A stretch of 32,000 bases of DNA from Candidatus Electronema aureum (GTDB taxonomy: Bacteria; Desulfobacterota; Desulfobulbia; Desulfobulbales; Desulfobulbaceae). The DNA is taken from the NCBI GenBank assembly GCA_004284765.1, contig NQJD01000023.1:6676-38675 (forward strand). Reading direction: 5' to 3'. The translations under genes and the position numbers were made by a program. The notes below the pieces were generated by a model, which saw nothing but the letters and a program-made list of their open reading frames with translations, was not told the origin of the DNA and did no database searches. Numbering within the stretch: the first letter of the stretch is position 1; each line of letters opens with the position of its first letter. Below, in pieces: positions 8,016 to 16,832 of this stretch.

Positions 8016-9958
8016 TGTTTCTCCTTATGGGTCAGACGGTCAATTTTTTCCTCAAGACGCTGGCGTTCACGGTCTTCCCGTTCTTGCTGCTTCTTGCTTT
8101 TCTCTCCCCCAGCCTGTTTTTTAGCGTGCAGGTCTAAGGCCTTCTGCCACGCCGTTAACGCCTCATCTTTCCGTCCGGCAGCGAGATGCACCTCAGCGAG
8201 ATGATCGAACACTGCCGCATCATCAGGAGTCAAGCGGGCAGCAGCCTCCAGCATCTTGCGGGCTTCCTCAAAATTACCTAAGCGGTAATATACCCAACCG
8301 AGGCTGTCTTGAATATAACCGTCCTCTGGCTTGAGTTCCTTGGCTCGACTGAGATAAAGAAAGGCCTTGTTCAGATTCACTTTGGCCTCAGCCCAAGCAT
8401 AGCCGACATAATTCAGCGCACCGACATGATCGGAATTCTTTTTGAGCAACTTCTGCATGGCCGATAACGCCTGCTTCTTCTTCCCGCTATAATCAAGAAA
8501 CAGGCCGTATTCATAGAGCAGATGTTCGTTACCCGGATGCGCTTTCAAGGCGCGGTCATAGGTTTTCTTGACTGCTTCATCCTGCTCCGCTGTCTGATAA
8601 AGGCTCGCAAGCAAGACATACATATCTGGCCCCAGCTGCTGCTCACCCTCCATTGCGGATTGTAGCAACTGAATCGCCTGCTCCTGCTGTTTCAGCTCCT
8701 TGAGTGTTCGCACTTGGAGAATCAGTCCGTCTTCGTACTCTTCGTCCTCTGGGATGATTTTTTCCAATGTTTTGAGGGCATCCTCATACTGTTTCTCTTG
8801 AAACTGAAGCGCGCCGAGCAAATAGCGGGCTTCGGGCATCTCTTCCTTTTTCAGAAGGTCTTGCAGCAAGCTCATTGCCTTAGCGTATTCCTCCCAGCGG
8901 ATACAGAGCTTAATTATGGTCAGATCAGTCTGTTCAGGATTGTTGGCTAAATCTTTGAGCCGCTTCAGCTCGGCCATTGCCTTCTTTTCTTTATTCTGGG
9001 TCAAATAGACATGAATCAAGGCGATGCGGGCTTCTTCGTTGTCCTCATTCTCGGCCAGCAATGCCTGATACATCTTGACTGCTTGTCTGTATTTTTTCTG
9101 CCGCACTAAGAGATCAGCCATTTCTAACTGCACTCCTCCTGAGGGCGTAATAGCAATGGCCTGCTGGTAATGATCTAAGGCCGAAGCGAATTTTTCCTCA
9201 GCAGCAAGCAGGCGAGCTAACAGCAAATGAGCCGCATGAGAATTACGATCAACCGCCAGCACATTCTCTAAAGCAGCTTTAGCCTGTTCCTGCTTGTTTT
9301 CAGCTAAATGCAGCTCACTGAGGAGCAGCAGCGGCGTGGTATCTTTTGGATTCAGCTCATGCGCTTTGCGGTACTGCTCGGCAGCCTCTGCTAACTTGCC
9401 ATCGCTGATGAACACTTTAGCTAAAAGCATTCTCGAAGCTGTATCTTCTGGATGACGAGCCAGATATTCTTTGAGCTTGATCGCAGCCTCATCGCGGCGG
9501 TCCATGCGCAGCAAAAGGAGCGGCAGCTTGCTGATGACAAAATCCGCGTCAGGATCGCAGATCAGAGCCTTTTCGTAGGCTTCGAGCGCGGCCTCGTATT
9601 TGGTCTCTAACTCAGCGTGACGACCCCAGAGAAAATAGAAATAACTACAGCCATGATCGCTTTCATCCTTCGGTAGAACAGTCATTGCAATATTTTTTGA
9701 TTTTGTCGAAGATTCTCGAATGACTGGCACTGCTTTAACCGTAGGAGCGGGTTTGATCACCGCTACTTGCTTGGGTGGCACAAGAGGTGGCGGAGCAGGC
9801 TTTTTCTTGTGCGCGCAGCCCGTAAAGGAAAACACCAACGTGGCAAGCAGCACAGGCGGCAGTTTGCGAAGGAAATGGGGCAGGAGAAACGAAGAAGAAG
9901 GAGGCATGGCACTGAGTTGGTTATCTGGTCTGAAAGAACTCTTTTTCTTGGTCATCAT
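8012..9958 (-). CDS. TPR-repeat lipoprotein
   Basis: 648 aa with lipobox FTGC. There are many 34-aa TPR-like units (A..Y..AL...P....A...LA..Y...G) and a Lys/Glu-rich tail. Confidence 0.8.
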   Translation of the reverse strand: MMTKKKSSFRPDNQLSAMPPSSSFLLPHFLRKLPPVLLATLVFSFTGCAHKKKPAPPPLVPPKQVAVIKPAPTVKAVPVIRESSTKSKNIAMTVLPKDESDHGCSYFYFLWGRHAELETKYEAALEAYEKALICDPDADFVISKLPLLLLRMDRRDEAAIKLKEYLARHPEDTASRMLLAKVFISDGKLAEAAEQYRKAHELNPKDTTPLLLLSELHLAENKQEQAKAALENVLAVDRNSHAAHLLLARLLAAEEKFASALDHYQQAIAITPSGGVQLEMADLLVRQKKYRQAVKMYQALLAENEDNEEARIALIHVYLTQNKEKKAMAELKRLKDLANNPEQTDLTIIKLCIRWEEYAKAMSLLQDLLKKEEMPEARYLLGALQFQEKQYEDALKTLEKIIPEDEEYEDGLILQVRTLKELKQQEQAIQLLQSAMEGEQQLGPDMYVLLASLYQTAEQDEAVKKTYDRALKAHPGNEHLLYEYGLFLDYSGKKKQALSAMQKLLKKNSDHVGALNYVGYAWAEAKVNLNKAFLYLSRAKELKPEDGYIQDSLGWVYYRLGNFEEARKMLEAAARLTPDDAAVFDHLAEVHLAAGRKDEALTAWQKALDLHAKKQAGGEKSKKQQEREDRERQRLEEKIDRLTHKEKQ

Positions 9959-10090
9959 TCATCATATAACACGAACACCGACAGGTAACAAGCTTGCATT
10001 CGTTCTCAGGTTCAGGTACAGATTATATCTGAATATGCCCTGTTGTCTCTAAAATTCCGTTCTTCAGACCATGTGCAACAGAAGACTGCT

Positions 10091-11350
10091 ATGAACCGCC
10101 GCACCTTTCTTCAGCAGAGCGGAAAGCTCGGAGCTGCCGCCTTAGCTGCAACCGCGTTTCCTCGGCTTGTCAAAGCCAAATCTAAGCCAACCATCAAAGT
10201 GGTAGGTACTCACGTTACGCTGCTGGAACCTATTCGCCAGCAGGCCGAGCATGATTTGGGCATCAATATTGAGTTTTATCCCGGTGGCGATGCGGAAGTG
10301 CTACTCAAGGCAGCCACTGATCCCACCTCTTTTGATCTCTACGAACAGTGGTCGAACAGCATCAAGGTGCTGTGGCAGGCCAAAACCATTCAGTCGATTG
10401 ACACCAGCAGGCTCACCTATTGGCATGAAATCAACAGCCTGAGCAAGACAGGACGCATCTCTGACAAGGCCAAGTTAGGTTTGGGTGACGCGCCCTGCAA
10501 TCTGCTTTTTATTCAGCCAGATGGTTCGTTCAGCTGCGTACCTACTGAACACATCAGTTTTTTGCCCTATGTGCATAATGTTGATTCATTTGGCTACAAT
10601 GCCAGCGTTATTCCTCAAGGCATTCCCTACGAGACCGAAAGCTGGGGTTGGCTGCTTGATGAACGCTGGCACGGCAAGGTCGCGATAATTAATTCACCGG
10701 AAATCGGTTTGTTTGATTTAGCGTTGGCAGTACGAGCTAAGGGCTTGATGGACTTTAAGAACATGGGCAACATGAGCCGAGAAGAGGTTGACAAGCTCTT
10801 TGATATTCTCATTGCCCACAAGCGGGACGGCCATTTTCGAGGCGTATGGACTTCAGTACCGCATTCCGTTGAGCTGATGGCCTCTGGTGAGGTAGTGCTT
10901 GAGAGTATGTTCTCGCCCGGAGTCAGTGCGCTGAACGGTATGGGTATTCCCTGCATTTATGCCGCCCCAAAAGAAGGCTACCGCGCTTGGCATGGGGTGA
11001 TGTGCCTTTCTCGTGCCTGCACCGGCGAGCGACAGGAGGCAGCCTATGCCTTTATGAATTGGTGGCTGTCAGGTTGGCCCGGTGCCTTTATCGCCCGACA
11101 AGGCTATTACATTTCCAATCCCCAGCGTTCCAGACCCTTTATGTCACAGGCAGAGTGGGAATATTGGTATGAAGGCAAGCCTGCCACCGAGCCGCTGCAA
11201 GGTACTGATGGCAAAATCTCTGTGCGGCCCGGCGAGGTTCGCACTGGTGGTTCGTACATCAAACGCTTTGAGAACATTGCAATTTGGAACACAGTCATGG
11301 ATACCTATGAATACACCATGACCAAGTGGAACGAGTTTGTCTTAGCCTAA
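10091..11350 (+). CDS. Periplasmic PotD-like (family 1) solute-binding protein with a Tat signal
   Basis: The twin-arginine leader MNRRTFLQQSGKLGAAALAATAFPRLVKA starts at ATG 10091 (the track start 10043 is a TTG). Size and layout fit the solute-binding family. No permease or ATPase gene is adjacent. Confidence 0.7.
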   Translation: MNRRTFLQQSGKLGAAALAATAFPRLVKAKSKPTIKVVGTHVTLLEPIRQQAEHDLGINIEFYPGGDAEVLLKAATDPTSFDLYEQWSNSIKVLWQAKTIQSIDTSRLTYWHEINSLSKTGRISDKAKLGLGDAPCNLLFIQPDGSFSCVPTEHISFLPYVHNVDSFGYNASVIPQGIPYETESWGWLLDERWHGKVAIINSPEIGLFDLALAVRAKGLMDFKNMGNMSREEVDKLFDILIAHKRDGHFRGVWTSVPHSVELMASGEVVLESMFSPGVSALNGMGIPCIYAAPKEGYRAWHGVMCLSRACTGERQEAAYAFMNWWLSGWPGAFIARQGYYISNPQRSRPFMSQAEWEYWYEGKPATEPLQGTDGKISVRPGEVRTGGSYIKRFENIAIWNTVMDTYEYTMTKWNEFVLA

Positions 11351-11361
11351 GGAGGGCAGTG

Positions 11362-13158
11362 ATGACCAATTTTCTCCTGCGTGCTATTGGCCTGAAGAAA
11401 CGCATTGTGTTTGGCTACGTTATCACCGGCGCAATGGCCTTCATGATTGCGCTGCTCTCCTACGGAGCTTTCACCAGACTTTCTGCGGATTTCAGAAAAA
11501 TTGTTCTTTTCAGTCGCCGCTCTGCTGATAACATGGTTTTTGCTGCTCAGATGGCCGAGATGCAGCGGCAGGCCCTCATTTATATCTATGAAGGCCACAG
11601 TTCGTCAGGTTCGCAGGTTGGTGTAATCTATCAGAAGATGATGCAAAACATCGGCGGCAGCGAAGCCATAGAGCAGCTCGGTGCTAAGGCCGTGGTGACT
11701 TTAGCCAAGAAGCATCTGGAAGCCTATTATGAGGCATTTCAAGAGGTACGGCGGCAGCGGCAGCTCCAAGCTCGCTTAGTGAAAAGTGAATTTCGCGTTC
11801 ATGCCACCAGAGGGCAGCAGTTGATTGAAGAGCTGATTCGAGAAGAAGGAGAAACTCGCTTGCTCGAATGCACAAAGATGCTCAACGCTCTCTTACAAAT
11901 TGAAAAAAATGCCTACCGCTATCTTGATTCCTTTGACGGTGATTTCATCAAAGCTGCTTTGTTTAATATTCAAGAAACGCGTTCTTTGATTGGACATTTC
12001 CAACAGAACCATCAAACGATAGAACTTAATAACGTACTGAATAGCTACGAAAGCAGCTTTTTAGAAGCCGTGCAGCGCACTCGTGGCTATCTTTACCTCA
12101 CCAGCGTAGTCATGGCAGCCCAAGCCTACGAGACGATGTATCAATCGAAAAAACTCTCTGCGTTGATGATCAGTGAATCAGAGCGCATCCAGCAGCAATT
12201 GTTTCAGCACGTCAGTTCTCGCTTGAGGCTTTTGCTCTTCTGGACCGTTTTTCTCCTCCTCTTTATTGCCCTGTTTTCTTACGTCATCACCAAAAGCATT
12301 ACTATCCCGCTTAAACGGTTGACCAAAACCTTCAAGCTGCTGGCTTCTGGCTCGGCAGACGCAGAAATTCCATCGTACCCACTTCAAGATGAATTAGGTG
12401 ATCTCACCAATGCAGCTGCCAGCTTTAAAGAGAAAAACATTGCCCTGCGAACCAGTAAGCAGGAGTTAGAGCGGTCGAATGACGAATTAGAGCAATTTGT
12501 CTATACTGTCTCGCATGATCTGAAATCACCGATTGTTACCAGTATGGGTTTCATCGGCATCATCCGCAAATTAGCCAGCCAAGGAAAAGCAGAACAGGCG
12601 ATGGGAATGCTGGATAAAGTGGTTAAGGCCAATGAGCGGATGAGTCAGCTGATCAATGACTTACTGGAACTGAGCCGAGTAGGGCGGATCGACATGGACA
12701 AGAAGCAGATCGATCTGAACCAGCTCCTTGGTGATTTTGCCCACAACCAATCGGAACGATTGAAGGCAGCTAAGTTCACCCTGACGGTAGAGCAAGACTT
12801 GCCCGTCATTTATGCCAATGAAAGCCGCACGCTTCAGGTCTTTGAGAATATTCTTTCCAACGGCTTGAAATACGTGCGCAACGAGAAGGAAGGTGGCCGT
12901 TTGCGGATCAGCTCGTTTGAAGATAAGCAGTGGCACCATATTCGCTGCACTGACAATGGGCTAGGCATCCCAGAAGAATACCGAGAGAAAATCTTTGGGC
13001 TTTTTTACCGCCTTGATGTAAATATAGAAGGTACCGGCATTGGCTTGGCCGTAGCAAAGAAGATTATGAAATTCCACAACGGCGATATCCGGGCAGAAGC
13101 AGGGCCGAATGGCGGAGCCGTGTTTCATCTTACCTTTCCCAAAATGATGGATTTGTAA
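11362..13158 (+). CDS. Sensor histidine kinase (periplasmic four-helix-bundle-like sensor, HAMP, HisKA, HATPase_c)
   Basis: GGAGGG lies 5 nt before ATG 11362. Two TM segments flank a helical domain of about 270 aa. The kinase boxes are H-box FVYTVSHDLKSPI, N-box ILSNGLKY, G1 DNGLGIP and G2 GTGIGLAV. Confidence 0.85.
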   Translation: MTNFLLRAIGLKKRIVFGYVITGAMAFMIALLSYGAFTRLSADFRKIVLFSRRSADNMVFAAQMAEMQRQALIYIYEGHSSSGSQVGVIYQKMMQNIGGSEAIEQLGAKAVVTLAKKHLEAYYEAFQEVRRQRQLQARLVKSEFRVHATRGQQLIEELIREEGETRLLECTKMLNALLQIEKNAYRYLDSFDGDFIKAALFNIQETRSLIGHFQQNHQTIELNNVLNSYESSFLEAVQRTRGYLYLTSVVMAAQAYETMYQSKKLSALMISESERIQQQLFQHVSSRLRLLLFWTVFLLLFIALFSYVITKSITIPLKRLTKTFKLLASGSADAEIPSYPLQDELGDLTNAAASFKEKNIALRTSKQELERSNDELEQFVYTVSHDLKSPIVTSMGFIGIIRKLASQGKAEQAMGMLDKVVKANERMSQLINDLLELSRVGRIDMDKKQIDLNQLLGDFAHNQSERLKAAKFTLTVEQDLPVIYANESRTLQVFENILSNGLKYVRNEKEGGRLRISSFEDKQWHHIRCTDNGLGIPEEYREKIFGLFYRLDVNIEGTGIGLAVAKKIMKFHNGDIRAEAGPNGGAVFHLTFPKMMDL

Positions 13159-13182
13159 GGGCGACCCCCTGTGGTCGCCCTT
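13157..13182. terminator. Bidirectional hairpin terminator between the convergent kinase and telA genes
   Basis: 10-bp perfect stem, aagggcgacc (13157-13166) with ggtcgccctt (13173-13182), and a 6-nt loop. It is followed by cgttt on the plus strand. Confidence 0.65.
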
Positions 13183-13206
13183 CGTTTGCAGAGCCAGGCC
13201 GATATA

Positions 13207-14358
13207 TCACCTCAGCACTGCCGCGCTGGCTGCCTTCAACGCCGCTTTCAGCTTCTCTTCAGCCTCAGCCAGTTTCTCTAACCCTTCGGCCCGTTTCTGT
13301 CGATTTTCGACATCCATCTTGATACCTTGGTCAATAGTTTGCAGGAGCTTGTCCGTCATCAGCTGCAAGGTCTCGACTTTGACAAAGCCCTCGCCCTGCG
13401 CCTTCTTCACTGCCGCTTGGGTCTCACCCAGCATCTCGGCGGTGGACATCATCATATTGTTGGTCATCTCTCGTGTCTCATTGACCATTGCCATCGCCCG
13501 CTTTTGATCAAACAGGGAAATAGCAATGACCAGCTGCTTCTTCCATTCTGGTATCATCATCAGGATTGAATCTTGAATTATCTCTACAATCGCTTTGGAG
13601 CCTTCTTGGGCAATTCTGATCGTCGGGCCGGAAGTAACTGCCGAGGCGCGGGCTAACTTCAGGTTGTAGAGGCGCCGGTCAAGCGACTGAATGCAATCGC
13701 CGAAGTCTTTCAAATCTTGCAGCTCCTTGGCATCCACACCATTCTGCGCGGCCAAAGTCTGCCGCTGCTGCTCGAACTGCGTCTCCATCTCAGCCATCTT
13801 CAGCTCACCTGCGGCAATCACTACCTCAAGCTGATCAAAGTATTCGTTGTTGCGGTCATAAAGCGTATCCAAGCGGTTGAGATGGGAAATCTGATTGGTC
13901 TTTTCTGCCTCCAGCCGTTTCGTGATGGCATCAATCTGCACCTTGAGGGTTTCATAGCGGCGAATAAAGGCGCGTGCCGCATCGACCTTGGCCGCTAACC
14001 AACCGCCCACCACCGGCAAGCTACTAACCACCCTACTCAACGCGCCGCCCGCGCTTTGCGGCAGGCCGCGCACGTCGAGATCAAGGATTTTTCCTTTCAG
14101 ATCAGACATCAGCTGACCAGTCGGCCCAGCGTCACCAGAGCGAATGTTGGTCAGCACCGAATCGGTGAAATCAACTAACCCTTTCTGGCTACTCACACCA
14201 AAGGCAAGCACGGCCTGTGTCTTGCTGAAGTCTAACTTGGCGACTAATTCCTGCGCTGCCTTCAGCTTGGCCGGGGACTTCTCCGCTAATTTCATGTACA
14301 GCAGGCTGTTCTTCTGCTCTGTCAAAGCCAGCATCGGCAAATTGTCTGTCATCGTCAT
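13207..14358 (-). CDS. telA: TelA-family (toxic anion resistance) protein
   Basis: 383-aa soluble helical protein. The N-terminal pattern is typical of TelA/YaaN (L..FG....Q......D..L..IR..D.G..G..M..L). SD GGGAGGG. It is the last gene of the operon. Confidence 0.75.
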   Translation of the reverse strand: MTMTDNLPMLALTEQKNSLLYMKLAEKSPAKLKAAQELVAKLDFSKTQAVLAFGVSSQKGLVDFTDSVLTNIRSGDAGPTGQLMSDLKGKILDLDVRGLPQSAGGALSRVVSSLPVVGGWLAAKVDAARAFIRRYETLKVQIDAITKRLEAEKTNQISHLNRLDTLYDRNNEYFDQLEVVIAAGELKMAEMETQFEQQRQTLAAQNGVDAKELQDLKDFGDCIQSLDRRLYNLKLARASAVTSGPTIRIAQEGSKAIVEIIQDSILMMIPEWKKQLVIAISLFDQKRAMAMVNETREMTNNMMMSTAEMLGETQAAVKKAQGEGFVKVETLQLMTDKLLQTIDQGIKMDVENRQKRAEGLEKLAEAEEKLKAALKAASAAVLR

Positions 14359-14382
14359 TCCCTCCCGTCAGCGGGATGCGGG

Positions 14383-15486
14383 TTAAAAGCTGCTGAGTTG
14401 CTTGGTGATTTTGTTCATCACTGTCGCGTTGGGCATGGGTATGACCGCATCGATGCTCTTGGGCAGACCGACTACCTCCAGCACCGAAGGATCATTCTCA
14501 ACTCCCATCAAGCCGCTGCGGAAGCCGTGCTGCTCCCAAGCTGACTTCTGAAGTTTTGGTTCTTTGAGCGCAGCCAGCAGCTTCTTCCCTTTGTCGGTCA
14601 TGGCAATCAGCGGATGGCTGGCCCAGACCGTCGGCACCGGATAGAGAATGCGCACCTTGGCCTTGAGCAGCTCAAGATGCTCCTTGTGCAGCAGCGAGTA
14701 TTCTACTAACTGGTTCTCATAGCCAACAATCATCGGATACGCCCCAACTCCCTGCTGGAGAAATTTCTCAAAAAGGTCAGACGAAGACTGCTCCATGTAG
14801 CCAAGCCGGGCATACAGGTCTTTGACTTGGGGCAGCACGTTGTCAACAGTGTCTGTTGCAACCACTTCGCCGTTGTTCAGAGTATTGGCAATCAAGGCAG
14901 CAAACATGTTGCCAGAATTGCTCTTGCTGGGATCGGTGGTGCGGATGATCAAACTGCCGTAAAGCTGGGTCAGGCCGATCTCTTTCCACTGCTTCTTGGT
15001 CTTGACCAACTCAAGCAGCTTGGGCAGGTCAACAATGTAATTAACCCCTTCCTTGTGCTGAACTATCCCGGCCTTGATCAGGGCATCAGTGACGATATCC
15101 CAAGAGTACAACACAATGGGCGAGTTGAAGATGTCTGCCGACTGCTGGAGCCGAGTGCGGGAAGTGGAAGTCTTGAACGACTCCACATTGATCTGGCTGG
15201 CTGGCCAGAGAAAATCGTCATCGCTGGCCGCCTCCTGCACCATCTCCACGCTGCCTGCTTTCTTGACATTCACCTTCAGCCCTTGCTCGGCCAGCAGCTG
15301 CGTAACCTTTTCCGATTGGAGAAAGGCGATCTTCTCCGAACCAGCCCGGCCAGTCACAGTGACCAGCTCGCCTTTGGGTGCGGAGCTACCGCCGCTGATT
15401 GAAGAAATCTTGTCCTTGCCGAACATGAAGAAGGCCGCAGCCGCAGCCACAGCCAGCAGAATGATCAGCCCTAAGAATTTTTGCAT
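14383..15486 (-). CDS. Membrane-anchored periplasmic-binding-protein-like protein, paralog of the N-terminal half of the vWA lipoprotein
   Basis: N-terminal hydrophobic anchor FLGLIILLAVAAAAAFFMF. Motifs shared with ORF 17090-18736: GSEK../GSENS, KKAGSVEM/KYMGSVDI, DFLWPAS/DAIWPAS, and TDPSKSNSGNMFAALIA/TSATQSNSGTSAFLAFLS. Confidence 0.7.
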   Translation of the reverse strand: MQKFLGLIILLAVAAAAAFFMFGKDKISSISGGSSAPKGELVTVTGRAGSEKIAFLQSEKVTQLLAEQGLKVNVKKAGSVEMVQEAASDDDFLWPASQINVESFKTSTSRTRLQQSADIFNSPIVLYSWDIVTDALIKAGIVQHKEGVNYIVDLPKLLELVKTKKQWKEIGLTQLYGSLIIRTTDPSKSNSGNMFAALIANTLNNGEVVATDTVDNVLPQVKDLYARLGYMEQSSSDLFEKFLQQGVGAYPMIVGYENQLVEYSLLHKEHLELLKAKVRILYPVPTVWASHPLIAMTDKGKKLLAALKEPKLQKSAWEQHGFRSGLMGVENDPSVLEVVGLPKSIDAVIPMPNATVMNKITKQLSSF

Positions 15487-15504
15487 ATCCTTCTCCGTGT
15501 GGGT

Positions 15505-16089
15505 TCAGTCAAAGTCGAGCAGATTATCAAAGGTTCTGGCATTGGTGCTGAGGTCGATGGCATCGTTTTCTAAGAGTCTATGGTGCATTTCCTCAAACTT
15601 GGCTACCGCCTTAGTCACGGCCTTTTCTGTGGCCTCCAGTGCCCGCGCACTCTGAGGCGAGTGGGTTTTTTGGTTAGCAAGGTCGATGTAACCAACAAGT
15701 ATCTCGTGGAGCCGTTGCAGGCGGTCAGGCAAGGCTTGCGCCACCTGCATATCCTGCGGGTCTTTCTCAAAATTGATGAGCAAATCATCGCCCAGCTCGC
15801 AAAGATGCAGCACCGTCTTCTTGAAGGACAGATTATTGACCGCTGCCGCATCCTCGTACACTAAGGACAAGGCCAGCCTGCACTGCGAGAGATACTGCCT
15901 GAACTCCTCCTGTGAAACACCGTCCGGCAGCTCGGCAAGCACCTTGCGGTGTTCCGGCGGGAAAAGCAGGCGGATGCCGACATAACTGCCGATTGCCAGT
16001 GCAAGACTCAGCCACCAGAATGCGCCCTGGAAGAGCAGCAGCAGGAAGATGAAGGCGGCGGCAATGCCGGAGACGAGTTCTTTGATCAT
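15505..16089 (-). CDS. xpaC: XpaC-like (5-bromo-4-chloroindolyl phosphate hydrolysis family) 2-TM protein
   Basis: Two N-terminal TM helices followed by a helical cytoplasmic domain. It sits upstream of telA in the same operon, separated by the PBP-like gene, recalling the xpaC-yaaN pairing in Bacillus subtilis. Its start overlaps the upstream stop (ATGA). Confidence 0.6.
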   Translation of the reverse strand: MIKELVSGIAAAFIFLLLLFQGAFWWLSLALAIGSYVGIRLLFPPEHRKVLAELPDGVSQEEFRQYLSQCRLALSLVYEDAAAVNNLSFKKTVLHLCELGDDLLINFEKDPQDMQVAQALPDRLQRLHEILVGYIDLANQKTHSPQSARALEATEKAVTKAVAKFEEMHHRLLENDAIDLSTNARTFDNLLDFD

Positions 16090-16832
16090 TTAGAATATAC
16101 TGTCCAAGCCCAAGCAGCGAGTGGCAATATGAGTGTACTCGCTATCCATTGCCAATATTTAACAACAAATAATTTACTTGAATAGATAGGGTTAATCTGA
16201 ACATATATTTCTTTATCCAGAACCGGATGATCTTTTTTTTCTTCACCGAATGGCAACCTTATTCGTAAGGTAACATGAAGATGAAGCACCTTTCTCCCTC
16301 TATTTAGTGGGACAACGTCCCAAACCCACTCTGTAAACCCTTTCTCTCCGAGGATTTGTTCTGCTTCGTTCAATGGGACAATTTGGAAGTCATCTCCGCT
16401 GAGACGAACTTTCATTAATTCAGAAATTTTCAACTCTTCAATTTGAGGAAATCCGCTCCCTTTCAGGTTACTCCTTAGATTAAGGTACAATTCTCTGGAA
16501 ATTCTTACTTCTACTCTTTCAGATATGCCCAATTTCATCGTATTGGGAGGGTTAAAAAGTATCCTTCCAATTGGCAACTTGCTAAGTTCATTCTGATAAA
16601 CCTCTCTGTAGCTCGTCTTTTCTCTATCTATTGAGATATTACGACGAATCTGATCAAATATAATGCTAAACTCTTCTTGCGTCATGCAGCAACAGCAATA
16701 TTTTCCTTGGCGGATTGCCCAAAGAGCAACTCCCGCCACAATCAACATTGCAATACTGCCGATAAGTAACGAAATTGACCAATTGCTGATTATCCATGTG
16801 AAAAATATTCTCATAAAATTATTAATATCCAT
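16086..16832 (-). CDS. AT-rich hypothetical membrane protein (N- and C-terminal TM segments, CCCC run, beta-rich middle domain)
   Basis: 248-aa ORF. Hydrophobic segments are at residues ~8-40 and ~227-245. CCCC is at residues 46-49 (nt 16686-16697). The alternative start M7 (16814) would abut the upstream stop. The stop overlaps the xpaC ATG. Confidence 0.65.
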   Translation of the reverse strand: MDINNFMRIFFTWIISNWSISLLIGSIAMLIVAGVALWAIRQGKYCCCCMTQEEFSIIFDQIRRNISIDREKTSYREVYQNELSKLPIGRILFNPPNTMKLGISERVEVRISRELYLNLRSNLKGSGFPQIEELKISELMKVRLSGDDFQIVPLNEAEQILGEKGFTEWVWDVVPLNRGRKVLHLHVTLRIRLPFGEEKKDHPVLDKEIYVQINPIYSSKLFVVKYWQWIASTLILPLAAWAWTVYSK

